Both the position numbers and the translations under genes were made by a program. Source: Ostreococcus lucimarinus (taxonomy: Eukaryota). Taken from it: a stretch of 64,000 nt of DNA. A model generated the notes under the pieces. That model was given only the letters and a program-made list of their open reading frames with translations. It was not told the DNA's origin and did not search any database. Of this stretch, positions 1 to 8,476 are shown in pieces. Numbering within the stretch: the first letter of the stretch is position 1; the number at the start of each line of letters is the position of its first letter. The stretch lies in the NCBI GenBank assembly GCA_000092065.1, contig CP000592.1. One strand, given 5' to 3'.

Positions 1-198
1 CCCTAAACCCTAAACCCTAAACCCTAAACCCTAAACCCTAAACCCTAAACCCTAAACCCTAAACCCTAAACCCTAAACCCTAAACCCTAAACCCTAAACC
101 CTAAACCCTAAACCCTAAACCCTAAACCCTAAACCCTAAACCCTAAACCCTAAACCCTAAACCCTAAACCCTAAACCGAAACCCTACACCCTACGCAT
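1..198. repeat. Telomeric repeat array (CCCTAAA)n, equivalent to TTTAGGG on the opposite strand, at the left chromosome end
   Basis: About 25 perfect tandem CCCTAAA heptamers run from base 1 to 175. Degenerate units (ccgaaaccctacaccctacgc) follow up to about 198. The C-rich strand reads 5' to 3' away from the terminus, as expected for a left-arm telomere. Confidence 0.95.
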
Positions 199-862
199 GA
201 GGGAGGGAGGCGCTTCGGGAGAAGTGCCGTAACCGACCGACTAGCTAATACTTATTACACCTAACCCTGGGTTCTCTGGGTCGTACTGAGGCATGAAAAG
301 TCACTATCATTCGCATCCTTCCTGTGCACCTTCACGACACCCGACGGCCATCACTCGTCGACCAGCACGGCACCGCAGACTTCCCCCTCGACGCTCCGGA
401 CGTCGCCGGACTCTTGCGTCAAAGTGCCTTCTTCAGTGTTCGTGTTGGACGACAAACGACCGGTCGTAGTTTGTCCTCTGTGAAAATAATGGAACCCCAA
501 GCACTCCTCTTGCGTGACACACAGTCGATTTGAGTGGAAAAGTTTTTGGTTCCTTCCTCGTTAGACATCGTTCAATGCACATTATTACAACAGGGCTTTT
601 AATCAACATTCTTAAAACAAAACTTGACACGGCGACTCTCACAGCGCCGTACCGTTACCGCCAGGAGCTCGCTGGCCCTTGTCATACAGCGGTTCATTCG
701 ATTCCATGGCGTCGGCGTTCCCGTCGCGTCGCCGACGAAGCACCACGACTGCAGCGACGACCACGCCAAATGACGCAACCTTACCGATGAACGCTGACGT
801 TCTCACGCCGCGCCTACCTGTGGCAAAGTTCTTAACATCGAAGCATCGCGTCAGTACGCGAA
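199..862. other. Subtelomeric unique sequence between the telomere and the first gene
   Basis: Non-repetitive sequence of moderate GC containing only short ORFs. It ends at the stop codon of the first convincing gene. Confidence 0.4.
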
Positions 863-2245
863 TCAACGTACGGCTGGTTTCAATTTTGACCTCACGCGCG
901 ATAGAGCGCGGTCAAGACTTTTTCCATTCTTGGATTGGACGAGATCGGTCCAACTTATTACTTCGGAGCCGAAATCGAGCGGAATACTGTGCGCGGCTCC
1001 GAATGGGCATCCCATCGCTGTGCTGTGAAGCGGAACGTTGATGACGTTTTTCATCAGCTGCGGCGCGTCTCCAAGAATGACATAAACTTCGGCAAACTGA
1101 TACGCCCAGTAAGGTTTGAAAGCCATAGTGAATTCATTCAAATCGATTAACCCATCGTTGTTGATATCAAATTTACCAAAGGCTTCTTCGCACATCTTTT
1201 GCGTGGTTTCGGTTGATACACCGTTGGTGATGAAAATTTGTGCGAGCTCGAGGAGATCAAGACTACCACTGTTGTCGAAATCGACAGATTCAAAAACACA
1301 GCGTGCTTGGACATCGTCTGGAATAGTTCTTAACGGTGCTAGCTGCGAAGTGTCCTTCCCTCGTGCATCCTGGACAACTTTCAAGTATCCAGTTTCGAAG
1401 AGAATTTTCTGAACGACTTCGGGTTGATGCTTGTATCTAACGTCATGATATAACCCATGATGGGCCTCGTGAAAGTACTGCAACATCGCACTCATCTCCA
1501 AATTCAACTCACGTTGTTCATCGCCGGTATGTTTCGATTCAGCAAATCTCGCAGCGAGAGTGTACGTCTTTCGACGAAGCCATAAATTGAAACCAATCAA
1601 CCAAACGATCAAGAAAATCATAATGGAGAAACCATAGGCCTGTCCAGCGCCAATAGTTCCTGCAATTAGCACAGCCAAGGTGTATCGGCTTTCGCGAGCG
1701 GCTTGACAAAAGTAAAGCAACACCATCCATACTCGTACCCAAGCGTAGGTTTGATGATTCGCCCAAACCGTCCACAGCCACTCCAACCGTTCCAGCTCAT
1801 AGAGCGAGTCGTCGAGAAGGGCATGAATCAAGCCAGCAACGCTCACAACCTTAACCAATGCAATGAACTGGTATGCTGGGACTGTGAGCAATCTCTGCCC
1901 ATTTACGTTGGGTGTTTGAGCGATGACCGTCATCAAATGTATTACATCGAACCCCACTGTGATCCACATAATTGGCGTCGAAACCTTTGGATTTGCGCTG
2001 CAGAACGCCACAATTGGTAGACAGACATTGATAGTGCCGCTTATGAGATGCGTTCGGATGATTATTCGAGACTTACGGAGCACCGTAAACTTTGGGTGCG
2101 GTGGAGTCGTCCAATGGAAATGCAAAATTCCCGCATTCGCCACCATGGACAGCGTGGCGAAGAGCAGTCGTTGAAGCAAGTTCAGAACATGATGGGCATG
2201 GAACAGCGGGACGTCCCACGAACTTTGACTCCATAGGTATTCCAC
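863..2245 (-). CDS. Polytopic membrane protein with histidine-box-like motifs and a C-terminal EF-hand pair; function unknown
   Basis: 460-aa ORF. Hydrophobic N-terminal two-thirds with motifs HAHH, HFHWTTPPH and HEAHHGLYH. Two canonical EF-hand loops (DFDNSGSLDLLE and DINNDGLIDLNE). GC is about 40-50 percent, far below the window average. Confidence 0.55.
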   Translation of the reverse strand: MEYLWSQSSWDVPLFHAHHVLNLLQRLLFATLSMVANAGILHFHWTTPPHPKFTVLRKSRIIIRTHLISGTINVCLPIVAFCSANPKVSTPIMWITVGFDVIHLMTVIAQTPNVNGQRLLTVPAYQFIALVKVVSVAGLIHALLDDSLYELERLEWLWTVWANHQTYAWVRVWMVLLYFCQAARESRYTLAVLIAGTIGAGQAYGFSIMIFLIVWLIGFNLWLRRKTYTLAARFAESKHTGDEQRELNLEMSAMLQYFHEAHHGLYHDVRYKHQPEVVQKILFETGYLKVVQDARGKDTSQLAPLRTIPDDVQARCVFESVDFDNSGSLDLLELAQIFITNGVSTETTQKMCEEAFGKFDINNDGLIDLNEFTMAFKPYWAYQFAEVYVILGDAPQLMKNVINVPLHSTAMGCPFGAAHSIPLDFGSEVISWTDLVQSKNGKSLDRALSRVRSKLKPAVR

Positions 2246-2637
2246 GTAACTCTGAACGGCGAATGAAAAATGCGTGTCGAGTTAGTTAATTCCTCATGCG
2301 AAGTCCTACCAAATGCTTTCGTCGAGTGTCCGCGTTCGTCTCTCATACCTGGGTTTCTGTCATCACACCGACATAGCGCGCGTCGCTCATGATTAATTCG
2401 TGAACGCGCGACGTCGAGCGTCGACGACTAGCGTCAACCGTATCTTCTCGCCCGGCGTGCTGTTTAGAACGGTCGTTTTTTTAACTTAATTTTTTATTGC
2501 GCGAAACGAGACGAGATCACATACTTAAGCCATAATTAGCTTACTTGGAGAACAATTGTGGCTTGTGTCCCGGCGCGACGAGGCGTCGCGCGCTTCTTTG
2601 CGCGCGCGCGTACTCTGTTGCCGAGAGTGCTCTAAAT

Positions 2638-2667
2638 TCCCAACTTTTTCTCCTCGTTAGGTAACTT
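2638..2667. repeat. 30-nt dispersed element (copy A), located in the 3' UTR region of the SF1 gene
   Basis: tcccaactttttctcctcgttaggtaactt is the exact reverse complement of 10501..10530. Confidence 0.8.
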
Positions 2668-2727
2668 GTCATTCTAAACTACAAGGCCCTAGATGCTATG
2701 TATCTATGTTTCCAATACGTCAAGATT

Positions 2728-4797
2728 CTACAACGGCGGTGGCGGCATCGGCGGCGCCACGCCAGGCAGGACGGTGATGGCGTCTGCGGTGAAGACAGGC
2801 AGCGGCGGGGCGTCGAAGTCGTCTGGAGGCGGCGGAGGAGCTTCGTCCGGATTGCCGAGCTCGACTGTGGGCATGGCGAAATCGTACGGCGGGCCAACTG
2901 GAGGAGCGCCGTAGTACGACGCAGCCATCGCCGGATCGTATGCCGGCTGAAACCCATACGCCGGAGGCATGAAACCACCGGCTGCGACCGGAGGCACAAA
3001 GCCCATCGGCGCGAAACCTCCCATCGCGCCACCGCCACCGCTCGTCGGACCTCCACCGTTTTGCCCCGCGATTCGTACGATGAATGGTCGAGTGCTGTCT
3101 GCGAAGTACTGGCCGTCGAGTGCCGCGATCGCTGCGTGCGCGTGCGATACATCCATCATCTGCACAAACCCGTAGCCTTTGGGCACTTGCGTCGCGTGAT
3201 CGCGGATGAGTTTCGTCTTCTGCACCAAGCCGTAAGGCGCGAAGATTTCGCGCAAGCTCTCTTCCGTCATGCTCTCAGTCATGCCGCCGACGTAAAGGTT
3301 CGCGTCGGGATCAAACGATCCACTATCCCGTCTAGGCTCTTCGCGCGGCGCCGTCTTCAGGCGCACTTCCATCGGCCGATCGCCGAATAGAGCGCCATTC
3401 ATGGACGTCGCCGCCGATTTTGCTTGCTCCACTGTTGCGAAAGTGATGAAAGCGAAACCTTTGCAGGAATACCCGAGCGCTGCGTCGGGAATACACGCGA
3501 CGTCTTGCACGCCACCGATGGACTTGAACGCATCGGCCAATGCGTCCGCCGTGGCGTTGTTTGGTAGATGACCGACGTAAATCTTTCTATCGTCATCTGA
3601 GTTGTCGTCCGAGCGACGCGCGCGTCCGCGCCCGTCGACGCCGAGCTCGGATAAAAAGTCGCTGTACGCACTGTCGAGCGTACCACCGGCGCCGGCGCCG
3701 TGGAGCTTCTCTACATCTTTCCTGTAAGTCGCTTCAACAGCCTTCTTCACGGTCTCCGGCAGCTGATAAATCGAACCGCTCGCTAACTCTTCGTCTAAGC
3801 GCTTCTGCATAGCCTCGATGGACGACTCGTCCCTCCATGTTCCGTTCATGAGCGCGAGCTCGCGAAGTTGTTGACGCTTGTGCTCATTCATATCTTCGTC
3901 CACGGGAATCAAAAGCTTTTCTATCATCGCCTTGGCCTTGTCTACGTCGCTCTGCACGTCGCCCTCGATGAGCACGTGGAGAGGCTCGTGATCGAACTCG
4001 TTATTGCGCTCCGCCGCGCCCGTACCGCCCTTCGCGCTGCCTCGCCCTCGAATGACAATTTTCGTATTTGTCTCTCGCTGCATCTGCTTTTGCGTCGACC
4101 CACGAGGACCGATTATCAAACCGAAGAAGTTGTAGCCCGGATATTCGTCCACGGGAATCAGCAACTTGGCCGTTCGTTTGTTTGGCCGGTAATCCGGCGG
4201 CGGGCGGAACATCGGACACTTGCGGCAGATGTCCTCCAACAGCTCCATGCGGCGACGTTGAAACTTCTCTCGCTCTACGACTTCCCGAGTGTTCACGCGC
4301 ACGCCGTTGGCGTCGTACACAGGCGCGGGCTCGGGCTCGCGGTCGCCGTTGCGTCCTTCATCGTACGGCTCCCCGGCGAGCAAACGACGGTTCAACTGAG
4401 CGAGTTCACGAAACATGAAGTGCACTTCCGCCGTCGCTTCCGCCGGCGCGCTGTGCTCGGCGAGCACAGATGTGGGCAGTTGCACGAAAATTCCCGAGCC
4501 GACGACGAGCGAGTTCGTCGGCGTCGGCGTCGTCTGCACCGCGCGTTGCGCCGCGTCTGCGCGCTCCTTCGCTTCCCGCGCCGCCGCGACGACGAGCGCG
4601 TTCGCGACGTCATCGGTTGCATCTTCGGTCGCCCAACGACTCTTACGCTTCTTCTTCACCTCTGTCGTCGTCGCGTCGTCAGCGCCCCATCGCGATCTTC
4701 GTCGCACTCCTGTCGCCGCGTCCGTCGCGGTCGTCGTCGCCGTCGTCGCGCGCGCGTCGTGGTCACCGACACCACCGCCGTCGTCGTCGTCCGTCAT
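2728..4797 (-). CDS. SF1: Splicing factor 1 / branchpoint-binding protein with KH-QUA2 core, two RRMs and a proline-rich tail
   Basis: Contains ICRKCPMFRPPPDYRPNKRTAKLLIPVDEYPGYNFFGLIIGPRGSTQKQMQRETNTKIVIRGRGS and HVLIEGD...KAKAMIEKLLIPVDEDMNEHKRQQLRELALMNGT, the typical SF1 KH-QUA2 signature. Two RRM-like blocks follow (RKIYVGHLP...KGFAFITF and NLYVGGM...KGYGFVQM). The C-terminus is proline-rich. Confidence 0.8.
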   Translation of the reverse strand: MTDDDDGGGVGDHDARATTATTTATDAATGVRRRSRWGADDATTTEVKKKRKSRWATEDATDDVANALVVAAAREAKERADAAQRAVQTTPTPTNSLVVGSGIFVQLPTSVLAEHSAPAEATAEVHFMFRELAQLNRRLLAGEPYDEGRNGDREPEPAPVYDANGVRVNTREVVEREKFQRRRMELLEDICRKCPMFRPPPDYRPNKRTAKLLIPVDEYPGYNFFGLIIGPRGSTQKQMQRETNTKIVIRGRGSAKGGTGAAERNNEFDHEPLHVLIEGDVQSDVDKAKAMIEKLLIPVDEDMNEHKRQQLRELALMNGTWRDESSIEAMQKRLDEELASGSIYQLPETVKKAVEATYRKDVEKLHGAGAGGTLDSAYSDFLSELGVDGRGRARRSDDNSDDDRKIYVGHLPNNATADALADAFKSIGGVQDVACIPDAALGYSCKGFAFITFATVEQAKSAATSMNGALFGDRPMEVRLKTAPREEPRRDSGSFDPDANLYVGGMTESMTEESLREIFAPYGLVQKTKLIRDHATQVPKGYGFVQMMDVSHAHAAIAALDGQYFADSTRPFIVRIAGQNGGGPTSGGGGAMGGFAPMGFVPPVAAGGFMPPAYGFQPAYDPAMAASYYGAPPVGPPYDFAMPTVELGNPDEAPPPPPDDFDAPPLPVFTADAITVLPGVAPPMPPPPL

Positions 4798-4930
4798 GTC
4801 GCGCCGCGCGACGTCGGCGCGCGCCCGCGTGTGAGGATTCGTACGGGACGACGTCCGTCTCAGTGCGGTCGCGGTCGCGCACTCGCCCGAACGCCATCGG
4901 GTCGGGTCGTCGGCCGCACATTCAGTCGCG

Positions 4931-5785
4931 ATGATTGGCGCGATGCGCCGAGAGATCTCGAAACGCGCGAGCGCGTGCGTGAGAAATTATGCCGCCGGCG
5001 CGGGAAAGCCCAAGGCGAGCGGAGAAACCACCGACGTCGTCAAGCGCGTCTTCATCGAGCAGCAGACCAAATTTCGCGCGCTGCTCACGAAGACGAAGGA
5101 CTTGAAGCCGCCCGTGGGAGGAGACGCGGCGGCGGTCAAGGCGTACGCGGCGAAGAAATTGGCGGCGTTAAAAGAGGTACGTCGATCGCGCCGACGCGCC
5201 GACGCGTTGACGCGCGCGCGAGGGCGGAAACACGCGATCTCGTCGATCGGCTCGAACGCGCGCAACCCGATCGACGTGTTGGGGTTTGATTGTGGTTGTG
5301 GTCGTGGACAGGCGCGCTTTCGCCTCGGTCGAGCCGTCGACCGCTGGCTCGAGGAAAAGGACGAAGACTGACGGCACACACGTCGCGCGCGCGCACAGTT
5401 GGACATCTCAACGCCGGGAGAAAAAATTCTCGAAACCGTCGACGGCGCGTTCGCCGAAGCGGCGAGCGTGCGCGGGTTCTTGGAGTACGCGGGCGAGCTG
5501 CGACAAATGCTCGGTTTGAAAGATGAAGACGACACGATGAAGGTCATGGTGAGCGCTTTGGACGAAACTGAAAAGGCGCTCGGGAAGGCGTTACTGACGA
5601 GCGACGCGCAAGGCATGGCGAAGTACAGTAGCGCTGTGGCCAAGGCGTCGGAAGCCGCCGGTATTAAGCCTTTGGACGCCGCGGCGATGGCGAAGCTCCA
5701 AGGCGAGGTGGACTTGGAATCTATCGAAAACGAAATTCTCGAGTTGCAATCGGTCGAAGACGAAGTGAAGAAGGAGGAGGCGTAA
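4931..5785 (+). CDS. Mitochondrial ATP synthase subunit FAd (plant 24 kDa subunit, MGP1-like); two exons 4931..5176 and 5399..5785
   Basis: Exon 1 (VVKRVFIEQQTKFRALLTK...AAVKAYAAKKLAALKE) and exon 2 (LGKALLTSDAQGMAKY...QGEVDLESIENEILELQSVEDEVKKEE) are collinear with the plant FAd subunit as recalled from memory. The intron 5177..5398 starts GTACGT, ends CAG and is 222 nt, a multiple of three. The reading frame is preserved across it. Confidence 0.65.
5177..5398 (+). other. Spliceosomal intron of the FAd gene
   Basis: Donor GTACGT and acceptor CACAG. The putative branch motif agactgacg lies about 25 nt upstream of the acceptor. Confidence 0.6.
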
Positions 5786-5828
5786 TCGTGCTGCAATGAA
5801 ATGAATGTAATACTATACCAAACGTTTG

Positions 5829-6626
5829 TCATCGTCTGCTCGACGCGTTCGTCGCGTCGCCTAAGACTTTCGCGCGCGAAGGCTCGCGATTTGGATGATC
5901 GGCGCGTTCTTGTTTTCGTTTCTTACGCTCGGCTGGATAGACGTCGCATCCGACGTCGAGACGTTTGATGTCGCGCGAGTTGAACCAATCGGCGCCGTAC
6001 CACTGGAGCAACTGCGCGCCCTTCTTCACGTCTCGACTGAGAATAAACTCGCGCCCGACGAGCGTGCGTTTCGGACAGCGCGTGTCACCGAAGAACACAT
6101 TCGTGGATCGATTGTTTGATACTTCGTTGGGCCCGGGATTCGACATAAATTGTAACTGCGCGGCGTCGCCGAGCGGGCACGGATCGATGACGCCTCCGCC
6201 GGAACGGAAGTGCATCGCGTGATCGCGTCCAGCGCGTCCACACTCTCTCCACGTCTTGCGCTCGCCGAAATATACTGTTTTGTAACCTTTGGGTAAATCT
6301 CGCGTGGCGATGAGAATCTTATCGCCAAACACTGGATGCTTGACGACTCGCAACGCCTCGTCGCCGCGCTCGAGGTGCTCCGCGCAATACGGCAGGCACG
6401 AGTTTTCGCAATCCGCCCGCGCGCCGCAGATCGATCCGTTGGCGCGCGTGGCCCAGCACCACGATACGCCTTTCGCCTGCGCCCCTCGCAATCGAGTCGG
6501 GACGCCCTCGCGCGTCGTGGCTGTCGGCGTCCACGACGCCCCACCTCGCCGCGTGTCATCTTGTGCGTCGGCGTCCGTCGTGGACGCGCGTTCCTTGGCG
6601 CGCGCGCGTCGCACACGATCGCACAT
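5829..6626 (-). CDS. SET-domain-like protein with an N-terminal Cys-rich motif; start uncertain
   Basis: Cys cluster CWATRANGSICGARADCENSCLPYCAEH. The following region (GYKTVYFGERK...LQFMSNPGPNEV...GREFILSRDVKKGAQLLQWYGADW) resembles a SET fold with a degenerate NHSC block. The Arg-rich 5' extension of the long ORF to 6956 is probably not coding. Confidence 0.4.
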   Translation of the reverse strand: MCDRVRRARAKERASTTDADAQDDTRRGGASWTPTATTREGVPTRLRGAQAKGVSWCWATRANGSICGARADCENSCLPYCAEHLERGDEALRVVKHPVFGDKILIATRDLPKGYKTVYFGERKTWRECGRAGRDHAMHFRSGGGVIDPCPLGDAAQLQFMSNPGPNEVSNNRSTNVFFGDTRCPKRTLVGREFILSRDVKKGAQLLQWYGADWFNSRDIKRLDVGCDVYPAERKKRKQERADHPNREPSRAKVLGDATNASSRR

Positions 6627-6958
6627 GACGCCGCCACGCGTTCGCGCGAGCGACTCGCACGTTCGCGCGCGCGCGACACTCCGCGGAGTGAGTCGCGGAG
6701 TGTCGCCCGTCGCTTCTTCGGTCTGGTTGTTTTCAAACTCGCTCCCTTTCGCGCACTCTTCGACGGCGGCGCGCGGCGTCACAGTGCGACGCGTCGTCTT
6801 CGCCAGTCGTCGAACGCGAACGACGAAGCGAACGCGCGGAAAGTCGTCGAACCCGCGCGCGCACGCGTCGTCGAATCCGCGCGCGCGTGCGAGGAGACGC
6901 GATGTTGTCGCGCCGACGTGGCGTCGTCGAAGCCGCGTGGCGCGCGGCGTCGACATCC

Positions 6959-8425
6959 ATGCGAGCGGCGACGAATTCGGGAACGACGATCGCCGACGGC
7001 GCGCGCGTACCGTCGTACGCGTCGGCCTCGCGATCGCACGCGTCTCGCGCCGCGCGCACCGGGCACGGCGCGAGCGAAGATAAAGAAAAAGAAAATGGCG
7101 CGAAGAAGAGTCACGAGCGGGGCGGCGTTAGCGGCGGCATCACGCGCGCGGGAACATCGGGGAGACACAGAGGCGATCGGGATGGACACGGGGACAGTGT
7201 ACCTGCGTTCCGGTCGCGAAAATCCGTCGACGCGACGACAGACGTGGAGTGGGAAGGACGCACGTTTACTGGGTCCAGGCTCGAATACGCCGGCGTCGAG
7301 GTACGCGGAGAGCTTCGTTGGCCCATACCGCTGCATGCGCTGGCGGAAATCAATCCGGTCTTGAAAGAGTTACTAGAAGTGGCGAAGACGAGCGACGGGA
7401 AGGAAGAGCGCGCGATGGCTGAGCGCATGAGCGTGTTGCGTGCGAGCGGCGAATTAGGACGTCGCGAGACGCTGAGCGTCGTCTCGACGTCTTCGTCCGG
7501 ATTCGGGAATATGGGCGGCACGAACGTGCGAACGATGACTCCCGGGCTCATCGAGTTTGAGCAGTTTCTCGTCGAAAGCGGTTGGCGCGTGGATTCGGAG
7601 CGCAAAGCGATCTCTCGAGACGTGCGCGATACGCTCGTGAGCGAAGCGAAGAAAAAAACGGCGCTGAAGATGAAGGTGAATGACGCACCGATGAGCAAGA
7701 CCATGCTGAGTAAGGTAAAAGTCGGTGACTTGCGTGACGCCGCAAAGGTTCTCGGTCTCGATCAGGTCATGCAGGGCGTCACCAAGAAGGCGGACGTCGT
7801 CGCGTACCTGCTCGCGTATTATGAATACATGCATGGTACAATCGACGCGAAAACCATGGGCGTGCGCATGTCGGACGTATCCAGCATCAGCGCGGAGATC
7901 ATGCGAGAAGCCGAAAAGGATTCGAATGCCACGTCGGCGAGCGCACGCTCGGCAAAAGTGTCGAAACCGGAGCTCAAGCGCGAAACAGATCCAGGTCGTA
8001 TGGACTACGTGAAAGCTTTCGAACCGGATGAATTGGTACAGCTTCTTGTTCGCGCTCGCGGTATCGACGTGATGTCTATAAACGTTCGCGATCAGTGCAC
8101 GTGGACAGACCATCTCATTATCGCCACTGCGCGAAGCGCGCACCACCTGAAGGCGCTCGCCGGCGCAGTTCTTCACGCCGTGAAAGCGCGCACCGAGTAC
8201 GTCGCCGGCGGTCGATTGCAGCCAGTCATCGAGGGCGCCCAGAACGGCGGGGATAAGGACTGGATGGCTGTCGACTGCGGTTCGTGCATGGTGCACATAT
8301 TCTCTCCCGAGGGTCGAGCGCAGTACAATCTCGAGGAACTGTGGGCGACAGGCGAAGAGATAGTACACAATGGGCCTGAACGCCTCTCGATCGACACCAT
8401 CGGCGCCGATCACCACACAGCGTGA
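6959..8425 (+). CDS. Iojap/RsfS-family ribosomal silencing factor with a long N-terminal extension, probably organellar; start uncertain
   Basis: The C-terminus (IDVMSINVRDQCTWTDHLIIATARSAHHLKALAGAVLHAVKAR...DWMAVDCGSCMVHIFSPEGRAQYNLEELW) matches the Iojap/DUF143 signature. Upstream there is a SAP-like helix pair (KVGDLRDAAKVLGL...KADVVAYLLAYYE). Confidence 0.65.
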   Translation: MRAATNSGTTIADGARVPSYASASRSHASRAARTGHGASEDKEKENGAKKSHERGGVSGGITRAGTSGRHRGDRDGHGDSVPAFRSRKSVDATTDVEWEGRTFTGSRLEYAGVEVRGELRWPIPLHALAEINPVLKELLEVAKTSDGKEERAMAERMSVLRASGELGRRETLSVVSTSSSGFGNMGGTNVRTMTPGLIEFEQFLVESGWRVDSERKAISRDVRDTLVSEAKKKTALKMKVNDAPMSKTMLSKVKVGDLRDAAKVLGLDQVMQGVTKKADVVAYLLAYYEYMHGTIDAKTMGVRMSDVSSISAEIMREAEKDSNATSASARSAKVSKPELKRETDPGRMDYVKAFEPDELVQLLVRARGIDVMSINVRDQCTWTDHLIIATARSAHHLKALAGAVLHAVKARTEYVAGGRLQPVIEGAQNGGDKDWMAVDCGSCMVHIFSPEGRAQYNLEELWATGEEIVHNGPERLSIDTIGADHHTA

Positions 8426-8476
8426 CGCGCGCTCGAAACGTGAGCCGTTGTAAAGTAAAAAGCAATGTTACACAAA

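Noticed and set aside
2290-2727. Searched the AT-richer intergenic stretches (2290..2727, 12387..12728, 20917..21048, 45729..46332, 63184..63546) for tRNA, snoRNA or other structured RNA signatures.
   Set aside because: No T-loop GTTCGAATC-like boxes, no clover-leaf-compatible inverted repeats and no C/D box pairs could be recognised by eye. Nothing is reported.
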